Counted from the stretch's first letter, positions 35,584-44,769 are shown. The stretch: 54,880 nt of DNA from a virus (IMGVR_UViG_3300032323_001970:1-54880), one strand, 5' to 3'. The notes: generated by a model from the sequence alone, not told the origin. Made by a program: numbers and translations.

Positions 35584-35813
35584 GGGGCCGCCGCTTTGAC
35601 GAAGACTATGACCCGGACCCGTATCCCGATGAGGGAGGCAAGTCTGGCTACTGCGCCCACTGCGGAGATGCTTGCACGGCCACCTTCATCGACGAAGGGA
35701 TCGGTCACTACGAGTATTGGGGAGCCAAAGGGGTTGACATCCAGCTCGTGGAGGTCAGTCCATGCTGCGAGGCCGAAGTGCTTGATGAACCACCTGAGGA
35801 GGACGAGGAATGA
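35580..35813 (+). CDS. small acidic Cys-motif protein
   Basis: CAHC ... SPCC, acidic ends. Confidence 0.6.
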   Translation: MRGRRFDEDYDPDPYPDEGGKSGYCAHCGDACTATFIDEGIGHYEYWGAKGVDIQLVEVSPCCEAEVLDEPPEEDEE

Positions 35814-36022
35814 CCCGAGAAGACATCCTGCGCATGGCACAAGAGGCTGACTACAACCCAAGAGACGGGGGAGTGTACAAGTTCGACAACTTTGACCTTG
35901 AACGCTTCGCCGCCCTTGTCGCCGCAGCAGAGCGCGAGGCGTGTGCGAAGGTGGTTGAAGATTCCGACACGCGATGGCTTGGCGTTATTGCCGCCGCCAT
36001 CCGAGCAAGGGGGCAAGCATGA
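35810..36022 (+). CDS. hypothetical protein
   Basis: LERFAALVAAAEREACAKV...AAAIRARG. Confidence 0.65.
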   Translation: MTREDILRMAQEADYNPRDGGVYKFDNFDLERFAALVAAAEREACAKVVEDSDTRWLGVIAAAIRARGQA

Positions 36023-36192
36023 CAGATCGTTGCAACCACGATTGGGCACGCTACAACCGTTTTTGGTTTGATGGGCGAATTTGTTACAGATGCTTCAAGT
36101 GCGGCGAAGAGGTGACAGAAATTGAAGGGAAAGAGATACCGCAAATTGAAGCCAAGATCGTCGAGGCCCGTCGAGCAAGGGGGCAAGCATGA
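36002..36192 (+). repeat. 21-bp direct repeat flanking a small gene
   Basis: CGAGCAAGGGGGCAAGCATGA at 36002-36022 and 36172-36192. Confidence 0.9.
36019..36192 (+). CDS. small zinc-ribbon-like protein
   Basis: CNHDW...CYRCFKCG, 57 aa. Confidence 0.6.
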   Translation: MTDRCNHDWARYNRFWFDGRICYRCFKCGEEVTEIEGKEIPQIEAKIVEARRARGQA

Positions 36193-36299
36193 ACACTTGG
36201 CCCTTCCCACCCCCAACGGGTCCTGTCCCATGGACACCTAAACAGAAGCAAGAATACGAGCGCAAGCAGCGTCAACAACTACCAGAGGCCCCACTATGA
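36189..36299 (+). CDS. tiny Pro-rich protein (not in ORF track)
   Basis: MNTWPFPPPTGPVPWTPKQKQEYERKQRQQLPEAPL*, ATGA overlaps at both ends. Confidence 0.55.
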   Translation: MNTWPFPPPTGPVPWTPKQKQEYERKQRQQLPEAPL

Positions 36300-36559
36300 A
36301 AGACTGGATCAAACGAATCTTTGGCGGTGAGGAAATCCCTGACCCGGCACCAAACACGGACCTGTCGGCAACCGACGACTACGTTGTGGTCAAGAAAAAG
36401 GATCTGGACGACCTGATCGCCGAGCTGCAAAACCTGCGAAACCAAAAGGTCGACACCGACGCCAGGGAACTAGACATGATGGTGGCCGAACTTGAGCATG
36501 AAAATAAGCTGCTGCGAGCCAGAAACGAACGCCTGGAGGCTGAAGCCAAGCTACAATGA
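36296..36559 (+). CDS. coiled-coil hypothetical protein
   Basis: 87 aa, ends ELEHENKLLRARNERLE. Confidence 0.6.
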   Translation: MKDWIKRIFGGEEIPDPAPNTDLSATDDYVVVKKKDLDDLIAELQNLRNQKVDTDARELDMMVAELEHENKLLRARNERLEAEAKLQ

Positions 36560-36595
36560 ACCACCGGGAATAGCAGTTGCCGGTAGCCAAACTTT

Positions 36596-36621
36596 AAGGG
36601 GGCCTCACAGCCCCCTTTTTT
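36596..36621 (+). terminator. rho-independent terminator
   Basis: AAGGGGGC-CTCACA-GCCCCCTT followed by T run; between convergent genes. Confidence 0.7.
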
Positions 36622-37060
36622 ATTCCTCGCGGTCGCGTACCTTGCAGCCAAGATCTACCGGATCCATCTTGAGGTAACTGAAGACGGCCTTACGACGTTG
36701 GTCTGACTTAGCCGTGCCGCAGTTGGGGCAGCCATGACCGCACACCGAGCAAAAAGCCGGTGGACTTTCAAAAGCGCGGATCACCCGACGCTTATGCTCC
36801 TCACGGCAATGCTCAAGCCACTTGGCCCTCCAGCCACGAATCGCGATCAGCTCATCGATCTTATCAATCACGTGCTGCGTGACCTTCCGGCCCTTGATGG
36901 CGTTAAAGAAGGTGCCGCGACTGAGGTCTAAGCCGTCCTCAGCTTCCTTGTCGTACAAGCGGCTGATGTTCGGCTGCCCGGTTCCATGCTCACTGGCCCA
37001 GACGATGATCTTGACGGTGTCGAGGTCAAGGGGAGATGTTGCTTCGATTGGTCGGCTCAT
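36620..37060 (-). CDS. putative DNA-binding regulator with C-terminal Cys4 motif
   Basis: Possible HTH-like LSRGTFFNAIKGR; CSVCGHGCPNC; TATAAT at 37099-37094 and GAAAGAAGAA leader. Confidence 0.55.
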   Translation of the reverse strand: MSRPIEATSPLDLDTVKIIVWASEHGTGQPNISRLYDKEAEDGLDLSRGTFFNAIKGRKVTQHVIDKIDELIAIRGWRAKWLEHCREEHKRRVIRAFESPPAFCSVCGHGCPNCGTAKSDQRRKAVFSYLKMDPVDLGCKVRDREE

Positions 37061-37143
37061 GATGCATTCTTCTTTCTGAGTGGTTGGGATTAGATTATAC
37101 AGCAATCTGTGCAAGTTATGCTATGTTCGGGGAGCCAGGAGGA

Positions 37144-37303
37144 CCAAAAAAGCTATAGATGATTTTTAGAGCCAAAACAGAGTGTATTGATACAACCTTT
37201 TTGCAGACGCGAGATTTAGAGACGAGCGAACGATAGTAGAAATAGTTTTTAATTGTATTGATACACTCTGTTATGGTCTAGAAATCATACTATAGGGAAT
37301 TTG
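37144..37303. repeat. inverted-repeat element B
   Basis: Arms 37144-37193 and 37255-37303; core CGAGCGAACGATAG at 37223-37236, identical to element A. Confidence 0.9.
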
Positions 37304-37371
37304 GGCCGCTATGTACGCGGTTGCGCAGCTCGATCTAGAATAGAAAGAACATAGAAACCTGGGGTATTTGC

Positions 37372-37698
37372 ATGCCATTCCAAAAAGGTGTGAAGCCGGA
37401 AGGCTCTGGGCGCAAAAAAGGTAGCCAGAACAAGCGCAACATTCAACGGCAAGAGATCTTTGACCGGATCGTCGAGAAGCATGGTGACCCACTCGAGGCA
37501 CTGGCTGAGATGGCCTTTGACCCGAACCACGACCTGCTGGTCCGCAAAGACTGCCTCAAGGAGCTGGTGCAGTATGGCCACGCCAAGAAGAAGTCGGTCG
37601 AGATTACCGGACCTGATGGCGGTCCCATCGAGGCGCGGCTCGAGCTGGTCGGCCAGATCACCGACCTCATCGGCAAGCTGAACGCTGGCGGCAAATGA
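37372..37698 (+). CDS. terS: terminase small subunit
   Basis: GSGRKKGSQNK N-terminus, EITGPDGGPI; overlaps terL start. Confidence 0.75.
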   Translation: MPFQKGVKPEGSGRKKGSQNKRNIQRQEIFDRIVEKHGDPLEALAEMAFDPNHDLLVRKDCLKELVQYGHAKKKSVEITGPDGGPIEARLELVGQITDLIGKLNAGGK

Positions 37699-39170
37699 TC
37701 CTTTCTAAGGCCGAGCTAACCACCATCCAGTCCAACCTTTCGGTGCTGGAGCTGGAGGACCTTGCCCATATCGCCTGGAAGCTGAAGTGGAAAGCAACGG
37801 CTCGTGAGCAGCAGATCACGCCGCCTGGTGATTGGGGCATCTGGTTGATCTTGGCGGGTCGTGGCTTTGGCAAGACCAGGACAGGAGCCGAGGACATCGG
37901 GAACTATGCTGCGGACAATCCTGGGGTTCGCTGTGGAGTTATTGCACCAACGTCTGCTGACATTAGGGGCGTTTGCTTTGAGGGTGACTCGGGACTCATG
38001 GGGGTCATCCCTCATTACCTGATTGACAACTACAACAGGTCCATCGGCGAGATCACCCTGAAGAACGGGTCATCGATCCGCGGCTTCTCAGCCGAAGAGC
38101 CCAGTCGTTTGCGCGGTCCCCAGTTCCACCGCGTTTGGTGCGATGAGCTGGCTGCTTGGCAGTACTGCGAAGAGACCTGGGACATGATGCGGTTCGGTCT
38201 TCGCTTGGGCGACGATCCACGGGTCATCATCACCACGACTCCAAAGCCCATCGAGCTAGTCCGTAAGCTGTTGAAGGATGCTGAGAAAAAGAACAGCCGC
38301 GTCATCGTTACCAGGGGATCTACCTATGACAATGCAGCGAACCTCGCAAAGTCCTTCCTTGCTGAAATCACACAGTACGAAGGCACGCAGCTCGGACGAC
38401 AAGAGATCCATGCCGAGGTTATTGATCCCGAAGAGACCGGCATCATCAAGCGAAGTTGGTTCAAGCTCTGGCCAGCCGATAAGCCTTTGCCCGCCCTTGA
38501 CTACATCGTCATGAGCCTTGACACGGCGTTCACGGAGAAGTCCGTCGACCGCAAGAGCCACGATCCAGATCCAACCGCGTGCTCGGTCTGGGGCGTCTTC
38601 CGCCACGAAAAGAAGCCAGCCTTCCTGCTGCTTGACTGCTGGCAAGACCACCTTGGACTGCCGGCCCTGATCGAACGGGTCAAAAAGGAATGGCAGGTCA
38701 GGTACGGCGACGAGGACTTCAGGCCGATAATCAAGCCCCTGGTCGGGCCAAAACAGTCCATGTTCGGCGGTAAAGCCCCAGACCTAATGATCATCGAGGA
38801 CAAGGGATCTGGTATTAGCCTGCGCCAGATGCTGGCCCGTGAGGACATCCTGGCATACCCATACAATCCGGGCCGCGCGGATAAGCTGCAACGGCTCCAC
38901 GCGGTATCGCATTTATTTGCACACGGATTTGTTTGGGTTGTAGAATCTGATAAACGGCCTGGGAATCCACGTTCCTGGGCTGACCCATTAATCTCGCAGC
39001 TGTGCAGTTTCCACGGTGAAGGCTCAATTAAGCATGACGACTTTGTTGATTCGACGACTCAAGCACTCAGGTTGCTTGCCGATCGCAATAGTCTCTCAGT
39101 CACCAGGAAAGTGCCAGACAAAATTGAACGGGACAGCAGGCCGAAGCTTGTGAACCCTTACGCGATCTAA
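37695..39170 (+). CDS. terL: terminase large subunit
   Basis: AGRGFGKTR, LRGPQF..WCDE, ITTTP, SLDTA, IEDKGSG, HDDFVDS. Confidence 0.95.
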   Translation: MILSKAELTTIQSNLSVLELEDLAHIAWKLKWKATAREQQITPPGDWGIWLILAGRGFGKTRTGAEDIGNYAADNPGVRCGVIAPTSADIRGVCFEGDSGLMGVIPHYLIDNYNRSIGEITLKNGSSIRGFSAEEPSRLRGPQFHRVWCDELAAWQYCEETWDMMRFGLRLGDDPRVIITTTPKPIELVRKLLKDAEKKNSRVIVTRGSTYDNAANLAKSFLAEITQYEGTQLGRQEIHAEVIDPEETGIIKRSWFKLWPADKPLPALDYIVMSLDTAFTEKSVDRKSHDPDPTACSVWGVFRHEKKPAFLLLDCWQDHLGLPALIERVKKEWQVRYGDEDFRPIIKPLVGPKQSMFGGKAPDLMIIEDKGSGISLRQMLAREDILAYPYNPGRADKLQRLHAVSHLFAHGFVWVVESDKRPGNPRSWADPLISQLCSFHGEGSIKHDDFVDSTTQALRLLADRNSLSVTRKVPDKIERDSRPKLVNPYAI

Positions 39171-39182
39171 CCGGAGCACTGA

Positions 39183-41711
39183 ATGGCTGAAAACGAACAA
39201 GAATACGGGGAGATGTACGAGGTCGAAGATGACTCCAAGGTCCGTGACACCGAAGACGGTGGCGCGATGGTCACGCTCGATGACTCGCCCACTCCAGCCG
39301 AATCCGAGTTCTACGCCAACCTGGCCGAGACAATGCCGAGTTGGGAGCTGTCAAACCTAGGCTCCGAACTGTGTGACATCCTAGAAAAAGACAAAGAAGC
39401 ACGCAAGAAGCGTGACGAGCAATACGAAGAAGGCCTGCGTCGAACAGGCCTTGGTGATGATGCCCCAGGCGGCGCGTCGTTCACCGGAGCCAGCAAGGTC
39501 GTGCACCCGATGCTGACTCAAGGATGCGTGGACTTCTCTGCCCGCGTCATGAAAGAACTCTTCCCACCTGACGGACCAGCCCGCGACAAAATCATCGGTG
39601 AAGTCACCCTTGAGAAACAGGAAAAAGCCGATCGCCTTGTCAAGTTCATGAACTGGCAGATGACTCAGCAGATGCCCGAGTTCAGGTCTGAGCTCGAGCA
39701 GTTGTCCACCCAGCTGCCTTTGGGCGGCGGCCAATATCTCAAGATCACTTGGGATCAAAACAAGAAGCGTCCTCTGCCCCAGTTCGTGGCCATTGACGAC
39801 GTCTACCTGCCCTTTGCGGCAACGAACTTTTACTCAGCCGAGCGCAAGACTCATGTGCAATACATCACGCGCATTGAGTATCAGAAGCGTGTTGAGTCAG
39901 GCATGTACATGGACGTGGACCTCATGGCCAGTCCGCTGCCTCCTGACGAATCGAAGGCCGAGACCGCCAACAACAAGATCGAAGGCCGTCAGACCGACAG
40001 CTACAACATCGATGGCCTTCGCACCATCTTTGAGTGCTACATCATCCATGACTTCGGCGACGAGTATGGCCTGGCTCCGTACATCATCAGCCTGGATAAG
40101 GCAACTCAGTCGGTGCTGTCCATTTATCGCAACTGGGAAGAGGACGACGACACCAAGCAAGAGATGCAATGGATGGTTGAATTCCCATTCGTGCCTTGGC
40201 GTGGTGCTTACCCGATCGGCCTGACGCACATGATTGGCGGCCTAAGTGCCGCTGCAACAGGCGCTTTGCGGGCCTTGCTAGACTCTGCCCACATCAACAA
40301 CTTCCCTGGCTTGCTGAAGCTTAAGTCAGGAACCGGCGGTCAGACAGACCGTGTTGATCCAACCGAGGTCAAGGAGATCGAAGGTTCGTTTGGTCAGGAT
40401 GACATCCGCAAGATGCTCATGCCGATGCCTTACAACCCGCCAAGCCAAGTGCTGTTTGCGCTGCTCGGCTTCCTGGTTGACGCCAGCCAAAACGTTGTTC
40501 GCACCACGTTCGAAGAACTGGCAGACAGCAACGCCAATACGCCTGTTGGAACCACCTTGGCTCGCATTGAGCAAGGCATGGTGGTGTTCTCAGCGATCCA
40601 CGCGCGCCTGCACGACTCCATGGGCCGTGTGCTGAAGCTGCTGTTCCGCCTGAACAAGACCTACCTGACCGAAGAAGAAGTCTACGACGAGACCGGCGAG
40701 CTGCTTGTCAAGCGCAGCGACTTTGAAGGCCCGATGAACGTCGTGCCTGTCAGCGATCCCAACATCTTCAGCGAAGCCCAACGGTTTGCCCAAGTGCAGG
40801 CCGTGATGCAGCGTGCCAAGGAGATGCCGCAGCTGTATGACCTCCGCAAGGTTGAGGTCATGTTCCTTGAGCGCTTGAAAGTGCCCCAAGGCAAGGACCT
40901 GCTGCTGCCTGCACCGAAGCCATTGGAGCTGAATGCAGTCAACGAGAATATCGCGATGACGATGCGCCGTCCTGTTGTGGCATTCCCTGAGCAGGATCAC
41001 TTGGCTCACCTGCAGGTGCACCTGGACTTCTTGACCAATCCGATGTTCGGTGGCAACAAGGCCATTGGCCCCGCATTCGTGCCCATGATGCTTGACCACA
41101 TCAAGGAGCACATGGTCCTTTGGTACGCGACTCAGATTTACCAGGAAGCTTCTGATGCTGCGCAAGTCGACATTGGCGAGATCCAAAAGGACGCGACCGT
41201 CGAAGAGAAGCAATCGCTTGACAAGCTGCTGGCAACGACTAGCCAGGTGGTGACCAAGCAAAGCCAAGAGGCCTTTGGTCAGATCCCCCAGATCATCGAG
41301 CAGGCTATCCAGACCTTGCAGCAGATGCAACCGCCGCCTCCGCAAGATCCGTCTGTCCAGATTGCCCAGCAGCAACTGCAGAATCAACAGGCCCGGGATC
41401 AAGCCAACGCCCAAAACGCGCAGGCCAAATTGGCCCAAGATGCCCAGCTCAAGCAGGCTGCAATGCAGCAACGCGGCCAAGAGAAGCAGATGGAGATCCA
41501 AGGTCGGATTCAAGAATTGCAGGCCGAACTCGAACGCGAGATCATGCGTCAGAGGGCCGAAGACGAACGCACTCGCGCCCAGATCCAAGCCCGCCTGGAG
41601 ATGAACGAGTCCGACAACCAAACAGCCAAGCAGCTTGCGGCCCTCGAGGTTGCAACAGGCGAAAGAATCGGTGTCTCAACCGGCACTGGTATCAACCCCA
41701 ATCCACGTTAA
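39183..41711 (+). CDS. portal protein
   Basis: 842 aa directly after terL; Q-rich coiled-coil C-terminal barrel as in P22-type portals. Confidence 0.85.
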   Translation: MAENEQEYGEMYEVEDDSKVRDTEDGGAMVTLDDSPTPAESEFYANLAETMPSWELSNLGSELCDILEKDKEARKKRDEQYEEGLRRTGLGDDAPGGASFTGASKVVHPMLTQGCVDFSARVMKELFPPDGPARDKIIGEVTLEKQEKADRLVKFMNWQMTQQMPEFRSELEQLSTQLPLGGGQYLKITWDQNKKRPLPQFVAIDDVYLPFAATNFYSAERKTHVQYITRIEYQKRVESGMYMDVDLMASPLPPDESKAETANNKIEGRQTDSYNIDGLRTIFECYIIHDFGDEYGLAPYIISLDKATQSVLSIYRNWEEDDDTKQEMQWMVEFPFVPWRGAYPIGLTHMIGGLSAAATGALRALLDSAHINNFPGLLKLKSGTGGQTDRVDPTEVKEIEGSFGQDDIRKMLMPMPYNPPSQVLFALLGFLVDASQNVVRTTFEELADSNANTPVGTTLARIEQGMVVFSAIHARLHDSMGRVLKLLFRLNKTYLTEEEVYDETGELLVKRSDFEGPMNVVPVSDPNIFSEAQRFAQVQAVMQRAKEMPQLYDLRKVEVMFLERLKVPQGKDLLLPAPKPLELNAVNENIAMTMRRPVVAFPEQDHLAHLQVHLDFLTNPMFGGNKAIGPAFVPMMLDHIKEHMVLWYATQIYQEASDAAQVDIGEIQKDATVEEKQSLDKLLATTSQVVTKQSQEAFGQIPQIIEQAIQTLQQMQPPPPQDPSVQIAQQQLQNQQARDQANAQNAQAKLAQDAQLKQAAMQQRGQEKQMEIQGRIQELQAELEREIMRQRAEDERTRAQIQARLEMNESDNQTAKQLAALEVATGERIGVSTGTGINPNPR

Positions 41712-41720
41712 GGAGCAATC

Positions 41721-41948
41721 ATGGTAGCAATCAGTCTACACAAACAGATGGCCATGGGTAAAGGTTACCCTAAGGCCAAGAAGATCGCCAGCGATCCTTC
41801 GCCCACCCCTGGTTTGCCCGACGCAAACTACAAAACCGTGCCCAAGATGAAGATCGAAAAGGTCCAAGGCGAAGGCAACGGTGGCACCAATAGCCAGCGT
41901 GGCCGTGGCCCCAACCTGATTTCCACAGTCATGGGTGGTCGCAGGTAA
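41721..41948 (+). CDS. small basic hypothetical protein
   Basis: 75 aa, TAAGGAG RBS. Confidence 0.65.
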   Translation: MVAISLHKQMAMGKGYPKAKKIASDPSPTPGLPDANYKTVPKMKIEKVQGEGNGGTNSQRGRGPNLISTVMGGRR

Positions 41949-42149
41949 ATGCTTGCAAAAATCATCTCGTCGATCCGAGCCGAGCAGCAGGCACTGGCAA
42001 TTGAGGCCATCAAGGTGCAGCCAGCTGAAGGCAAAGACATCAGCTTCGAATACGGAAAACGTCAGGGCGTCTACGCTGGCCTTGACCGCGCCGTCCAGTT
42101 GATTGAGCGGATCTATCGAGACCTTGAGAATGACCAACGAGATCTTTAA
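41949..42149 (+). CDS. hypothetical protein
   Basis: 66 aa helical ORF between portal and GroES. Confidence 0.65.
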   Translation: MLAKIISSIRAEQQALAIEAIKVQPAEGKDISFEYGKRQGVYAGLDRAVQLIERIYRDLENDQRDL

Positions 42150-42170
42150 CCCCAGCATACGGAGAAGCGA

Positions 42171-42590
42171 ATGCTACTTGAAACCCCCATGTCCTTCAGC
42201 TATGCCTCATTGGACGAGGCCTTCCCAGCAGTCGATTGCGGCCATGAACCCCTGGGTTCCCGCGTGATTGTTCAAGTCCGCAAAGCCAAGAATCAAACGG
42301 CAGGCGGCATCTTTATCCCGGAAGAAGCGCGAAAGACGGAAGCCAGCAATACCCAGATCGCCAAAGTCGTGGCCATCGGTTCATTGGCTTACAAGAATCG
42401 GAACACCATGGAACCCTGGCCAGAAGGCTCCTGGTGCGAAGTTGGTGCCTACGTCCGTGCACCTAAATACGGCGGTGATCGTTGGACCGTGAGGTCTGGC
42501 GATGAGGAGGTCGAATTTGTGATGTTCAATGACTTAGACATTCTTGCCAAGGTCACTGGAGATCCCACTGCGATCCGTGCGTTTATCTAA
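42171..42590 (+). CDS. groES: co-chaperonin GroES-like protein
   Basis: PLGSRVIV, TAGGIFIP, AKVVAIG, PKYGG, FNDLDILAKV. Confidence 0.85.
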   Translation: MLLETPMSFSYASLDEAFPAVDCGHEPLGSRVIVQVRKAKNQTAGGIFIPEEARKTEASNTQIAKVVAIGSLAYKNRNTMEPWPEGSWCEVGAYVRAPKYGGDRWTVRSGDEEVEFVMFNDLDILAKVTGDPTAIRAFI

Positions 42591-42609
42591 CTGCTGAAAG
42601 GAGCAGGCA

Positions 42610-43608
42610 ATGGCCGGAGAAAACATGCTCATCGAAGATGATGAGGAACAAAAGGGCGGTAAGCCTCAGGAAGTCGAGTTTGTCCCCGTCGAGACTAAGG
42701 ACCCCAAAGGTTCTGACAACGACGGCGACGAAGACGACGACCACCCCGAGGACGCGCGTCTTTCGGAAGACAACGAAGACCGCGAAGAACTACGCCGTAA
42801 ACGCCGCGAAGAGAAGGCAGATCGCGCAGCGCGTAGAAAACAGGCAATTGAGCGAGACAAGACCGAGCTCAACTTCCTGAGGCAACGGAACGAAGACCTT
42901 GAGAAAAGGATGTTCCAGGTAGAGAAGTCTGTGGTCGGCAACACGATTTCTGGTATTGACGCCAAGATCGCCGATACTCTGGCAGAAGTTAAGGCCGCCG
43001 AGCGAATCATGGCCCAGGCCATTGAAGCCGGAAACGGTGAAGATGCTGCCAAGGCTATGCGGATCCGAGATGCGGCCATGCAAAAGGTCCAGCAGCTCCA
43101 GGTTCACAAGCACCAGCAAAACCAGGTCGCCCAGAACCTGCACCAGCAGTCGCAGGCGCCGGTTTCCCAGCCAGGTCCTGACCCCGAAGTCGCGAGCTTT
43201 GCCCAGGATTGGGTGGCCCGGAACAGCTGGTACGATCCGAATGCCAAAGACGAGGCATCGAAGATCGTGCTGGCGATAGATCAATCTCTTGTAGAAGCTG
43301 GCTATAATCCAAAAACAGAGGCATATTGGCGCGAGCTGGACAAGCGAGTGGCCAAGCGACTGCCAGACGTTAAAGGAGGCGGTAACTATGACGACAGTCA
43401 AGACGACGATCGCCGCGGACAGCGTAGAGGTCCGCCCGTTGGTTCCAGCAGGGACCAGGCTCCGCAGTCTTCCCGCCGTGAAGTATATATCTCCCCAGAA
43501 CGAAAGCAAGCCATGATCGATGCTGGTGTCTGGGAAGATGCTGTCCTACGTCAACGCTACTTGAAACAGTACGCGAAGTGGGACCGTGAAAACAATTCAT
43601 CTCGCTGA
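42610..43608 (+). CDS. capsid scaffolding protein (putative)
   Basis: Acidic N-terminus, long coiled coil; upstream of the capsid genes. Confidence 0.65.
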   Translation: MAGENMLIEDDEEQKGGKPQEVEFVPVETKDPKGSDNDGDEDDDHPEDARLSEDNEDREELRRKRREEKADRAARRKQAIERDKTELNFLRQRNEDLEKRMFQVEKSVVGNTISGIDAKIADTLAEVKAAERIMAQAIEAGNGEDAAKAMRIRDAAMQKVQQLQVHKHQQNQVAQNLHQQSQAPVSQPGPDPEVASFAQDWVARNSWYDPNAKDEASKIVLAIDQSLVEAGYNPKTEAYWRELDKRVAKRLPDVKGGGNYDDSQDDDRRGQRRGPPVGSSRDQAPQSSRREVYISPERKQAMIDAGVWEDAVLRQRYLKQYAKWDRENNSSR

Positions 43609-43622
43609 AAGGAGTGAGGAAC

Positions 43623-44156
43623 ATGAACGACGAACGTTTGAAAAAATCCCCTGATCTTGTCCGCCAATCACGTGGAGCCACAGACCGCAATGTGACTGAA
43701 GACCGTGCTATTAGCGACGAAGATCGTGTTGAGATGTTTAGATCTCAATTTTTCCAAGACGCATTGCCAGATCTACCAAAGATCCCTGGCTTCCACACAT
43801 GTTGGTTGACCACCACTAACCCCCGAGATTCCATTCAACAACGGATCCGGTTGGGTTATCAACCTATTAAAGCCGAAGACGTGCCTGGCTGGGAATACGT
43901 AACCATTAAGACAGGCGAATGGCAAGGGTTTATTGGTGTCAACGAGATGCTCGCATTCAAGCTGCCAATGTCTCTGTATTCACGATTCATGCAAGAAGCT
44001 CACCATGACGCTCCTGCACGTGAAGATGAGAAACTTCTGTCAGTGCTTGACAGCATCAAAGAGTCAGCGGCTTCAGCTGGCGGGCGTGTGGTTGAAGGTG
44101 ATGGTATCGCTGCTTTGCGCGAAAGTCCTGGTCGGGCCAAATTTGAAGAGCTTTGA
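43623..44156 (+). CDS. hypothetical head-region protein
   Basis: 177 aa, GAGG RBS. Confidence 0.65.
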   Translation: MNDERLKKSPDLVRQSRGATDRNVTEDRAISDEDRVEMFRSQFFQDALPDLPKIPGFHTCWLTTTNPRDSIQQRIRLGYQPIKAEDVPGWEYVTIKTGEWQGFIGVNEMLAFKLPMSLYSRFMQEAHHDAPAREDEKLLSVLDSIKESAASAGGRVVEGDGIAALRESPGRAKFEEL

Positions 44157-44191
44157 CCATCCACCAATTTCTCTTATGAGGAAAAGCAAAC

Positions 44192-44758
44192 ATGTCTACC
44201 ACTAGCACACCGTTTGGCTTCCAGCCCGTATACCACGCAAGTGGTTTCGTGCGTCCGGCAGCCTTTACGCTGGCGAATAACGCGGCAGTGACCTTGTTGC
44301 AATACCAACCCGTCGCAATCAATACGACGACTGGTGTTGTGACTCCGGCTACCGTTGGCGACGCTTTCGTCGGCACTTTCATGGGTGTTGAATTCACTGA
44401 TGGCGATGGTCGCCGTCGTGTGTCCAACAAGTTCCTCGCGAACACCCCTGCAACTGATGTGACCGCGTACATCACGCGCGATCCCGCTATTGTTTATCAG
44501 ATCCAAGCCAATGGCTCTGTGAACATTAGCAACATCGGCAACCAATACAACTTTGGTTCGATCACCGCCGGTTCTACCGTCGTGGGTCTTAGCCAAGCTG
44601 TGCTGGACACGGCCTCAGTTGTGGCTTCAGGCGGCACCGCCCAGTTGCGCGTGATCGGCATTACGCCCGGTCCCGACAACGATTGGGGTGATGCTTTTAC
44701 GATTGTCCAAGTTCAGATCTCTGAGCATCAGGACGTTGCAACCATCAACGCTTATTAA
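44192..44758 (+). CDS. capsid decoration / minor capsid protein (putative)
   Basis: 188 aa beta-rich; PFGFQP, GTFMGVEF; immediately before MCP. Confidence 0.6.
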   Translation: MSTTSTPFGFQPVYHASGFVRPAAFTLANNAAVTLLQYQPVAINTTTGVVTPATVGDAFVGTFMGVEFTDGDGRRRVSNKFLANTPATDVTAYITRDPAIVYQIQANGSVNISNIGNQYNFGSITAGSTVVGLSQAVLDTASVVASGGTAQLRVIGITPGPDNDWGDAFTIVQVQISEHQDVATINAY

Positions 44759-44769
44759 GGAGCTAAAAA

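Noticed and set aside
37281-37298. CATACTATAGGGA and CACTCTATAGGA resemble T7-type RNAP promoter ends
   Set aside because: No single-subunit RNA polymerase is recognisable in the window, and the motif is part of the palindrome arms in both orientations
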